Assembly: GCA_024640365.1 (NCBI GenBank) | Contig: JAHEFE010000004.1 | Location: 39,959-103,958 of the forward strand | Reading direction: 5' to 3' | Source: Woeseiaceae bacterium | Lineage (GTDB): Bacteria > Pseudomonadota > Gammaproteobacteria > Steroidobacterales > Woeseiaceae | Length of the DNA: 64,000 bases | Program-made: the position numbers and the translations under genes | In this document: in pieces, positions 53,935 to 61,800 of the stretch | Layout: the number at the start of each line of letters is the position of its first letter | Position numbering within the stretch: position 1 is the first letter of the stretch | Notes under the pieces: generated by a model | Told to the model about the DNA's origin: nothing | Database searches by the model: none | The model's input: the letters and a program-made list of their open reading frames with translations, nothing else

Positions 53935-54972
53935 ATGGATAGGCGAGAATTTCTCAAAATATCGGCCGTGGTAGCTGCCGCACCAGCCGCGACGGCTTGC
54001 GCGGGTCCCGATGTTTTTCACGACGAGAACGTAACGATGAGCCCATTCAATGAGGATTCGACTGCCGAGGATGTAACCGCCGGAATGGATTTAAGCGGCA
54101 AGGTGGCCGTCGTGACCGGCAGCAATTCGGGTATCGGCTATGAAACGATGCGGGTTCTTGCCTTGCGCGGTGCGTTAGTCGTTGGCACCGGCAGAACTCT
54201 GGCCAAAGCCCAAGAAGCTTGTGCCACTGTGCAGGGCCTAACTATGCCGGTGGCGCTTGAGTTATCCAGTTTTGATTCAGTTGTTGCCTGTGCCGAGTCC
54301 ATTCGTGCCTTAAATGTTCCGGTCGACATGTTAATTTGTAATGCGGGTGTTCGGGGTGTTGAGTTGGAAATTGTCAATGGCGCGGAACGAGATTTTGCCA
54401 TCAACCATCTGGGACATTTCCTGCTGGTCAATCGCCTGCTTGATAAGTTGTACGAAGCGAAGCAAGGGCGAGTTGTGGTGGTATCAAGCAGGGCCGCTTA
54501 TGGAAGCGCTCCGCCCGAAGGGATTCAGTTCGACAACCTGGATGGCTCACACGGATTTGATACGTCGTCCGCCTACGCACATTCGAAGCTGGCGAACGCG
54601 TTGTTTTCACGGGAGCTGGCAAAAAGGCTGAGTAGCACGCGAATCACGTCCAATGCACTCCATCCGGGTGTCATAAAGACGAACATAGCAAGGGATAGTT
54701 CGACATTGCTTAATATTGGATTTAGCTTGTATGCCGGATTTAGTGGCAAGAATGCCGCAGAGGGTGCTGCAACGACCTGCTACGTTGCCACCGATCCTGC
54801 GCTAGCCACCGTCAGTGGCCGTTTTTTTGAAGACTGCAATGCGGTTCGCATCGGCGGGCGCAACCACATGGAGGATGATGAACAGGCGGCGCGGTTGTGG
54901 GACGTATCCGAAGAGCTAACCCGTCCGTACCTGGCGACCTTTGTGAAGCCCGAAATCTCAACTGATTCGTGA
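53935..54972 (+). CDS. SDR oxidoreductase with twin-arginine-like N-terminus
   Basis: MDRREFLKISAVVAAAPAATACAG, followed by VAVVTGSNSGIGYET, NAG and YAHSKLAN (classical SDR motifs). Confidence 0.8.
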   Translation: MDRREFLKISAVVAAAPAATACAGPDVFHDENVTMSPFNEDSTAEDVTAGMDLSGKVAVVTGSNSGIGYETMRVLALRGALVVGTGRTLAKAQEACATVQGLTMPVALELSSFDSVVACAESIRALNVPVDMLICNAGVRGVELEIVNGAERDFAINHLGHFLLVNRLLDKLYEAKQGRVVVVSSRAAYGSAPPEGIQFDNLDGSHGFDTSSAYAHSKLANALFSRELAKRLSSTRITSNALHPGVIKTNIARDSSTLLNIGFSLYAGFSGKNAAEGAATTCYVATDPALATVSGRFFEDCNAVRIGGRNHMEDDEQAARLWDVSEELTRPYLATFVKPEISTDS

Positions 54973-55679
54973 TAGTGGGAAAATCGACAAAAATTTCAAC
55001 CGGTGACCTGTTGGATGAACGCGCCCTGGTTGTTCTGTCGGGCGGGCAGGATTCGACGACTTGCCTATACTGGGCCATTGAGAAGTTTGGTGCGACCGCT
55101 GTGGAGAGCGTGACTTTTGATTACGGTCAGCGCCATCGCATCGAACTGGAGTGCGCGCAGAAAGTTGCCGAAAAGGCCGGCATCCCCAATCAGATTTTAC
55201 CGATCGACACATTCGCCGTATTGGGCGGCAATGCCTTGACTGATCAGCAAATGGACGTCGAGACGCCCACAACTGGTCAGTTGCCGAATACATTTGTACC
55301 TGGTCGTAACCTCATATTCATGACATTCGCCGCTGCTTTTGCGTATCAAAGGAAGGCGCGTCATCTCGTAACAGGTGTTGCCCAGACCGACTACAGCGGC
55401 TATCCCGATTGCCGCGAGGATACGATGCGTGCGTTGCAGGAAGCGTTGCAACTAGGCATGGAATCCAACTTTGAAATTCATACCCCTCTGATGCATATGT
55501 CCAAGAAAGAGACTGTGGAACTCGCGAAGCGACTGGGCGCAATTGAAGCTATGGCATTCACCCACACCTGCTACAACGGCGAGCGTCCACCGTGCGGCCA
55601 TTGTGCTTCGTGCGAATTGCGCGCAAAGGGCTTTAGCGAAGCTGGAATTCGTGATCCGCTGCTTGATGTGAAAAATTGA
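54969..55679 (+). CDS. queC: 7-cyano-7-deazaguanine synthase
   Basis: VVLSGGQDSTTCL (PP-loop) and the C-terminal zinc motif C...CGHCASCELR. Start uncertain: GTG at 54969 overlaps the SDR stop, and an in-frame TTG near 55011 would give a more typical length. Confidence 0.85.
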   Translation: MIVGKSTKISTGDLLDERALVVLSGGQDSTTCLYWAIEKFGATAVESVTFDYGQRHRIELECAQKVAEKAGIPNQILPIDTFAVLGGNALTDQQMDVETPTTGQLPNTFVPGRNLIFMTFAAAFAYQRKARHLVTGVAQTDYSGYPDCREDTMRALQEALQLGMESNFEIHTPLMHMSKKETVELAKRLGAIEAMAFTHTCYNGERPPCGHCASCELRAKGFSEAGIRDPLLDVKN

Positions 55680-55682
55680 GCG

Positions 55683-56330
55683 ATGACTTACTCTGTTAAG
55701 GAAATGTATTACACATTGCAGGGCGAGGGCGCTCATACCGGACGAGCCGCCGTTTTCCTGCGATTCGCTGGCTGCAATTTGTGGAGTGGCCGGGAAAGAG
55801 ACCGGGCATCGGCGGTGTGCCGGTTTTGCGATACCGACTTCATTGGCACTAATGGGAAAGGAGGCGGCAAATTCGCTACGGCCGCTGAGCTCGCCGAGGC
55901 AGTTCTGAAGCACTGGCCAGCGCAGAAAAATTCTCTATCCAGACCATACGTCGTTTGTACCGGTGGTGAACCGCTATTGCAGTTAGACGACGCGGCAATC
56001 GTTACGCTGCAGCGCTTCGGATTCGAGGTCGCGGTAGAAACGAATGGAACAGTGCCAGCGCCTGCTGAACTGGACTGGATATGTGTTAGCCCGAAAGCGG
56101 GAGCCAAAGTCGTGCAAACCCGCGGTAATGAACTAAAGCTGGTTTATCCACAAACAGAACCGCAAGCGCAGCCCAAAAATTTCGAAGACTGGGAATTCGA
56201 GCACTTTTTTCTGCAACCGATGGATAATGCGACTCGGCAAGAAAATACGGCTGCCACCATCGACTACTGCCTGAATCATCCGCAATGGAAGTTGAGTTTA
56301 CAAACACACAAGATAGTCGGTATTGACTAG
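55683..56330 (+). CDS. queE: 7-carboxy-7-deazaguanine synthase (radical SAM)
   Basis: YYTLQGEG...FLRFAGCNLWSGRERDRASAVCRFCDT, a CX14CX2C cluster motif. C-terminal LSLQTHK. Confidence 0.85.
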   Translation: MTYSVKEMYYTLQGEGAHTGRAAVFLRFAGCNLWSGRERDRASAVCRFCDTDFIGTNGKGGGKFATAAELAEAVLKHWPAQKNSLSRPYVVCTGGEPLLQLDDAAIVTLQRFGFEVAVETNGTVPAPAELDWICVSPKAGAKVVQTRGNELKLVYPQTEPQAQPKNFEDWEFEHFFLQPMDNATRQENTAATIDYCLNHPQWKLSLQTHKIVGID

Positions 56331-56357
56331 GACTTGCTCAATCGTTCTTACGCATTG

Positions 56358-57245
56358 TCACGCGTTCGCTGCGGCTGTTTCCTCGAGAGTTTCCTGACGC
56401 CACTCGACAACGTTCATCTCAATAAATATGAAGGCAACCAGCCACAAGAAAGCATCCCAGAAATCTACGAACGAGCCTTCAAAGCCCCAGTAAATAGCTG
56501 CCAGAAATAACGCGGAATACAGAATGAACTTGCTAATTTTGCTAAAAAGGTAGATTGGCCCAACCAGTCGGTTGTGTTCCTGCAGATAAACGTCCATTTC
56601 GAGAACTACGACAATCAGCAGCCACACCGCCGCATTTATCGCGTCAACCCAGGCTAGGGTTTCCATGGTCGTGTAGTCCATTGAACCCACGACGGCGTGT
56701 GCCCCAGGCATTTTATACCACGCGCTAGAGCCCGCAAAATCCGAGCAGTTTCCCGCAGTCAAAGCGATAAACTCGTTGGTATCCCGGGCGTAGGACCAGG
56801 CATCCGTCACCAGAGAGCACACGTCCGTTAAGTTCGGCAGAGGCGTGACACCTAGCACGAACAAGACATTACTCACATAGCCATAAAAAGCGTAGATAAT
56901 AAAGCTGTAACACAGGACACGCACGCCATGCAGCGTCCAGGTGACCTTGCGGGTGTAGTGAGAATCATTGAGTACGTAAGTCTCAAGCTCAAACAATAGC
57001 AACAAGACTACCCAGGACGCCGTGTCTATGGTTGCTGCAAAGCCTTTAATAATCGTGTCGAGATTAATGCCGTTGGCAAATCGGTGAACGGATGCCGCCC
57101 ATTCGAGTTGGAAAAAAATGAATATATTGACACTGAGCAGAATGTAAACCACGTACTTAAATAGTTGGAATACCAGCTCTCTATTGATGGTCACCGATTT
57201 TGCCCCGCCCATTGGGTCTGCTTTTCCTATGCCGAAGTTTGCCAC
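56358..57245 (-). CDS. Polytopic membrane protein of unknown function with a thrice-repeated W-x7-E-[LM]-[EDN] helix motif
   Basis: 295-aa ORF with about 7-8 hydrophobic helices. I recognise no family. Confidence 0.6.
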   Translation of the reverse strand: MANFGIGKADPMGGAKSVTINRELVFQLFKYVVYILLSVNIFIFFQLEWAASVHRFANGINLDTIIKGFAATIDTASWVVLLLLFELETYVLNDSHYTRKVTWTLHGVRVLCYSFIIYAFYGYVSNVLFVLGVTPLPNLTDVCSLVTDAWSYARDTNEFIALTAGNCSDFAGSSAWYKMPGAHAVVGSMDYTTMETLAWVDAINAAVWLLIVVVLEMDVYLQEHNRLVGPIYLFSKISKFILYSALFLAAIYWGFEGSFVDFWDAFLWLVAFIFIEMNVVEWRQETLEETAAANA

Positions 57246-57294
57246 CTATCCAGAGAATGAGCCATGATTTTTTGGATTGGAGTGTCGGACATTC

Positions 57295-57323
57295 AAAAAA
57301 GAGCCACTCGTTGAGTGGCTCTT
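57295..57323 (-). terminator. Rho-independent (bidirectional-looking) terminator after the M13 peptidase gene
   Basis: Stem AGAGCCACTC / GAGTGGCTCT, loop GTTG, flanked by AAAAAA on one side and TTT on the other. It lies 26 nt after the 57349 stop. Confidence 0.8.
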
Positions 57324-57348
57324 TGCGGTTATTTTGAAAGCAGAACAA

Positions 57349-59394
57349 TTACCAAATTTGAATACGTTCTGCGGGTGGCAAGTACAATTTGTCACCTTCT
57401 TTGACGTGATAGGTGTCATAAAATGCTTGCACATTTTGGGCAACGCCATTGATGCGGAATTGATCCGGAGAATGTGGATCGCTCTTGATCAGTATCTCAA
57501 TCAGTTCCGGGCGCCATTTGATACGTGCAGATTGTGCGTTGGCCAGGAAGAAGCGCTCATCGCCCGTGAAGCCATCAATCACTGGCGACTCTTTGCCTTG
57601 TAATGACATGTGGTAAGCCTTCAAAGCAATCGATGTACCGCCAAGGTCGCCAATGTTCTCGCCAAGCGTGAATTGACCGTTAACAAACATCCCGGGCAGT
57701 GCTTCGAACTTGTTGTACTGAGCCACAAGGCCACTGGTCTTAGCCTCAAAGTTGCTTCGATCGGCATCGGTCCACCAGCTTTTCAAGTTGCCATCACCAT
57801 CGTACTTGCTGCCTTGATCATCGAATCCATGACCAATTTCGTGTCCGATCGTTACACCAATACCCCCATAGTTCCATGCGTCTTCGGCGTCCATCTGGAA
57901 ATTTGGTGGCTGCAAATAAGCGGCAGGGAAAACGATCTCGTTCATGCTTGCGTTGTAGTAGGCGTTAATAGTCTGGGGCGGCATGAACCATTCGGTACGA
58001 TCAATTGGTTTGCCCAATTTGTCGATAGTGAGGTAATGATCAAAAATTCGCGCGTTGCGAGCATTTGCGAGCATCTCCGTCTTGCTAATTTCAAGGTCGG
58101 AGTAATCACGCCATTTGTCGGGATAGCCAATCTTGGGGGTAAATTTCGACAGCTTGTCCAGGGCGCGCAGCTTCGTTTCCGGGCTCATCCAATCGAGCTG
58201 TTTAATAGAGTCCGCATAGGCTGCGATCAAGTTGTCTACGAGGACTTCCATGCGGGCTTTCGCTTCCGGCGGAAAATGCTTCGCAACGTATAGCTGCCCC
58301 AGGAGTTCACCAAGATCGCCATTGACGCTACCCACAGCACGTTGCCAGCGAGGTTTCTGCTCCTCGCGACCCGCTAATGTTCTGCCGTAGAACTCGAAAT
58401 TAGCGTCAACAAATGCGGCAGAAAGATAGTTCGCATAGCTGCTTATCAGTTTGCTGCGCAGATACTCTTTCCAGGTCTTCAAGTCAGTATCAACGATGAT
58501 TTTGTTGACTGCTTCCAGGTATGAAGGCTGGCCGACAATTACATATTCCTGGCGGCCGCTGCCGAAACCTTCAAAGAAGCCATTTAAATTGTAATTGGGT
58601 AGCAGAGTACTGAGCTCTTCATCTGTTACCTTGTTGTAGACCTTGTCGGCATCGCGCGTGTCTTCTTTCTGCCAATGGTGACTGGCGAGTTTGGTTTCCA
58701 GCGCGATTATTCGCTGCGCTGCTGCTTGCGGCTCTGCATACTTGGAAAGAGTAAGTATTTGCTCAAGGTAGGCACGATACTTTTCGCGAAGTTCCACGCC
58801 ACGCTCGCTGTCATCAAAATAGTACTCGCGATCGGGGAGACCTAAACCGGATTGCCACATGAAGATGGCATAACGAGTAGAGTCTTTGTCGTCCTGTCCT
58901 ATACCCACGGCAATCGGCGAGCCGACGCCGTAAACATTGCTGGAGCCAAAGTAAGCCGCCACTTCATCGCTGTTTTCAAGTGCATCAATTTTGGCGAGCT
59001 CGGCTTGTAACGGTTCGATCTGTAGCGCTTCCACCCGATCGGTATCCATAAAAGCATTGTAATAATCGCCGATTTTCGCTGTGACATCGTCATTGGCAGT
59101 GTCGGCGGCGACATCCTCAATGATCGTTTTAAGCTGACCAAGGCTTTCATTTCTCATGGTCATATAGCTGCCCCAGCCACTTTGATCGGCAGGGATTTCA
59201 GTGTTCTTTAGCCAGGTTCCGTTCGCATAGGCGTAATAGTCGTCTTGTGGGCGGACACTCAGATCCATGCCGTCCTTGTCGACACCCGATTCCAGCGCAG
59301 CGGGGGCATTATTCGCCTGATCGCTTTCTGCCTCATGGTTTTGGCAGCCGGCGAGTAATGCCAGCAATGCAAATCCGGTAACTAGCTTATTCAT
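57349..59394 (-). CDS. M13-family zinc metalloendopeptidase (PepO/neprilysin-like) lipoprotein
   Basis: 681 aa with lipobox LLAGC. HEIGHGFD (HExxH), ENIGDLGG (ExxxD), and C-terminal ...ERIQIW. Confidence 0.9.
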   Translation of the reverse strand: MNKLVTGFALLALLAGCQNHEAESDQANNAPAALESGVDKDGMDLSVRPQDDYYAYANGTWLKNTEIPADQSGWGSYMTMRNESLGQLKTIIEDVAADTANDDVTAKIGDYYNAFMDTDRVEALQIEPLQAELAKIDALENSDEVAAYFGSSNVYGVGSPIAVGIGQDDKDSTRYAIFMWQSGLGLPDREYYFDDSERGVELREKYRAYLEQILTLSKYAEPQAAAQRIIALETKLASHHWQKEDTRDADKVYNKVTDEELSTLLPNYNLNGFFEGFGSGRQEYVIVGQPSYLEAVNKIIVDTDLKTWKEYLRSKLISSYANYLSAAFVDANFEFYGRTLAGREEQKPRWQRAVGSVNGDLGELLGQLYVAKHFPPEAKARMEVLVDNLIAAYADSIKQLDWMSPETKLRALDKLSKFTPKIGYPDKWRDYSDLEISKTEMLANARNARIFDHYLTIDKLGKPIDRTEWFMPPQTINAYYNASMNEIVFPAAYLQPPNFQMDAEDAWNYGGIGVTIGHEIGHGFDDQGSKYDGDGNLKSWWTDADRSNFEAKTSGLVAQYNKFEALPGMFVNGQFTLGENIGDLGGTSIALKAYHMSLQGKESPVIDGFTGDERFFLANAQSARIKWRPELIEILIKSDPHSPDQFRINGVAQNVQAFYDTYHVKEGDKLYLPPAERIQIW

Positions 59395-59640
59395 TTGTAT
59401 TCCCTTTTATTTCGCAATATTCGAAGCGATAGTTTTGTCCAACCGGGTCTCTGACCGTGATTACGCCGTGAAGTTTCGCGCGCCCCGGTTTGATATGCCC
59501 TGATACTGCCGGATTTTGGGCTATTCGCCAGGCATCAGCAAGTCATCAGGCAATGATCATGTCCTTCTCAGGCTTCTCCGTTATCCCAATGGCAATCTCG
59601 CTCCTGAGTCAAGTTGTAGCCAATTCACCAAGGAGACGGC

Positions 59641-60882
59641 ATGAAAACAGCGAATTCAATGACTACCCCAGTGAGAAACTCTGCGGTGGGCGAGAAGTCA
59701 TCATTCATTGCTCAGTCAAAACAGGCGATTGCTGGCGCTGGCATGCGTTGGAAAAAACTAGCCAATGATACGTCGCGGCGCGAGCTTTTTGGTACTTACG
59801 CTCGAGCTTGCGCGCCCCAATTCGCAAGAAATATTGAAAACTATGTCGGCACGATAAATATCCCGGTGGGGATCGCAGGCCCTTTGCATGTACTGGGGGA
59901 GAAAGGTAATCGCACCTATCAGGTTCCATTGGCCACTACCGAAGCGGCACTGGTGGCATCCTACAATCGTGGTGCCCGATTATTAACAGCGGCCGGGGGC
60001 TGTGCGGCAAGTGTCGTTTCGCAACGTCTCAGTCGCACGCCCTTGTTCGCATTTCGCAGAGCCCGCGAAGCGCTGGAGTTCGCTTCGTGGAGCGGCAACC
60101 AGCAGGAACGCTTTCGCTTAATTACACGGGACCTGACGCGGCACGGAAATTTCCTGGCGTCCAACACCGTGATTGAAGGCAATCATGTGTACCTGGAGCT
60201 AGTCTTTTCTACCGGCGATGCGGCGGGCCAAAACATGGTGACCTTCGCAAGTGACGCAATCTGCCGCTGGTTGCTGGGCCGCTCACCTGTCGCCGTTCAG
60301 TATTGGTTTCTCGAAGCGAACCTCTCCGGAGACAAAAAAGCAACTGCGCAAGCGCTGCGCGGTGTCCGCGGCAGGAGAGTAATAGCCGAAGCAGAAATTT
60401 CCCGACAATTACTTGAGACCTATTTACATACGACGCCGGAACGTATGGTCGAGTACTGGAGTGCTGGCGCCATCGGTGGCGTGCTCAGCGGTGCCATAGG
60501 AATGCAGGGCCATTACGCGAACGGCTTGGCGGCCCTGTACCTGGCTTGTGGTCAGGACATCGCCTGCGTCGCCGAATCGGCCGTAGGTGTGACCCGTTTT
60601 TCAGTCACTGAAACTGGTGGTTTATACGCAAGCGTTACGCTGCCCAATATCCTCGTCGGAACTGTCGGCGGTGGGACTGGCCTGCCGTTTGCCCGTGCCT
60701 GTCTCGAAATCCTTGGTCTGGCGGGTGAGGGGCACAGCGACGCATTGGCTGAAGTTTGCGCGGCTACAGTCTTGGCTGGCGAGTTGTCGATCGTTGCTGC
60801 GTTCTGCTCCGATGACTTTGCGAAAGCACATCACTCTTTGTCGCGCGGCGTTGTCTCGGCGGAGGTGCACAGCCATGAATAA
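59641..60882 (+). CDS. HMG-CoA reductase, class-I-like catalytic domain only
   Basis: ENYVGTINIPVGIAGPL...VPLATTEAALVAS, GDAAGQNMV and GTVGGGTGLP motifs. SD AAGGAGA upstream. Confidence 0.85.
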   Translation: MKTANSMTTPVRNSAVGEKSSFIAQSKQAIAGAGMRWKKLANDTSRRELFGTYARACAPQFARNIENYVGTINIPVGIAGPLHVLGEKGNRTYQVPLATTEAALVASYNRGARLLTAAGGCAASVVSQRLSRTPLFAFRRAREALEFASWSGNQQERFRLITRDLTRHGNFLASNTVIEGNHVYLELVFSTGDAAGQNMVTFASDAICRWLLGRSPVAVQYWFLEANLSGDKKATAQALRGVRGRRVIAEAEISRQLLETYLHTTPERMVEYWSAGAIGGVLSGAIGMQGHYANGLAALYLACGQDIACVAESAVGVTRFSVTETGGLYASVTLPNILVGTVGGGTGLPFARACLEILGLAGEGHSDALAEVCAATVLAGELSIVAAFCSDDFAKAHHSLSRGVVSAEVHSHE

Positions 60883-61798
60883 CGATGGAATATTCAAGCG
60901 GCTATGGATCTATCAAGCAGAGCGGTTTCCACTAGTAGCCCACGGCCCCATGGTAATTATTTTCTGTTTTGCTGTGCTTGGCTTCGGATCAGAGGGTGAG
61001 TACGACCGAATTGAATTCACTTATTTGACGTTGGCAACTGCAGTGTTAAGCGTATTGCTGCTTTTCTTTCAGTTAAGGGTGGCTGACGAATTCAAGGATG
61101 CGGAAAGTGACTCTCGGTATCGGCCCGAGCGCGCCGTACCGCGAGGACTGGTTGCTCTTGAAGAACTGGCTTTCTTCGCATGTGCGGCGGCCTTCGTGCA
61201 ATTAACTGCGGTACTTTTAATTGATTGGCGACTACTTTCCTTGTTAGTGCTTGTCTGGTCCTACATGGGTCTGATGACGCGAGAGTTTTTTGCACCTCGT
61301 TGGCTACAGAGTCACCCGGTTATCTATTTGATCAGTCATATGCTGGTCATGCCATTGATTACCTTCTATGTGAGTGCATTTGGCTGGATCAGTAGTTCCG
61401 GAGAACCTCCTCGTCATATTGGCCTACTCCTGACACTTAGTTTTTTTATCGGCGTAATTCTCGAATTAGGGCGCAAGATCAAAAGCGCGCGCAATGAAAA
61501 AAACGGTGTTGAGACCTATAGCCGTCTGTGGGGGGTAAAAACAGCACTACTCGTATGGAGTATGGCTGTCTGGATAGCTGCGATTACCTACGCTGCAATC
61601 GCGTTGCCGTCCGTACCGGCAATGTTTTTGCTGTGTTTAGTGGTGGCAGCCGCTGTGTCGCCATTGGTGATGACGAGGTATTTTCTTGCCGGCAAGGTAA
61701 CTGACTTCCAGATTGAGCTTATGTCTGGATTACTCGCGCTTGTGTTTTATCTCGGACTGGCGCCGTTGCGGTTCGCCGTGGCTTTGGGAGGAGTGTGA
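60875..61798 (+). CDS. UbiA-superfamily-like polytopic membrane protein (divergent)
   Basis: Start at the MNNDGIF ATG, overlapping the HMGR stop by 8 nt. About 8 TM helices. First Asp-rich motif-like ADEFKDAESDSRYRPERAVPRG. The position of the second motif reads ELGRKIKSARNEKNGVETY. The ORF track's longer start (60617) lies inside HMGR. Confidence 0.55.
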   Translation: MNNDGIFKRLWIYQAERFPLVAHGPMVIIFCFAVLGFGSEGEYDRIEFTYLTLATAVLSVLLLFFQLRVADEFKDAESDSRYRPERAVPRGLVALEELAFFACAAAFVQLTAVLLIDWRLLSLLVLVWSYMGLMTREFFAPRWLQSHPVIYLISHMLVMPLITFYVSAFGWISSSGEPPRHIGLLLTLSFFIGVILELGRKIKSARNEKNGVETYSRLWGVKTALLVWSMAVWIAAITYAAIALPSVPAMFLLCLVVAAAVSPLVMTRYFLAGKVTDFQIELMSGLLALVFYLGLAPLRFAVALGGV

Positions 61799-61800
61799 TC

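Noticed and set aside
55452-55913. 153-aa minus-strand ORF
   Set aside because: It is antisense to the queC/queE junction, and both of those genes are strongly supported.
57610-58293. 227-aa plus-strand ORF
   Set aside because: It is antisense to the M13 peptidase gene, which has HExxH and ExxxD motifs.
60617-60874. Upstream 86-aa extension of the UbiA-like ORF
   Set aside because: It lies out of frame inside the HMGR coding region. The ATG at 60875 gives a typical coupled overlap and a hydrophobic N-terminus.
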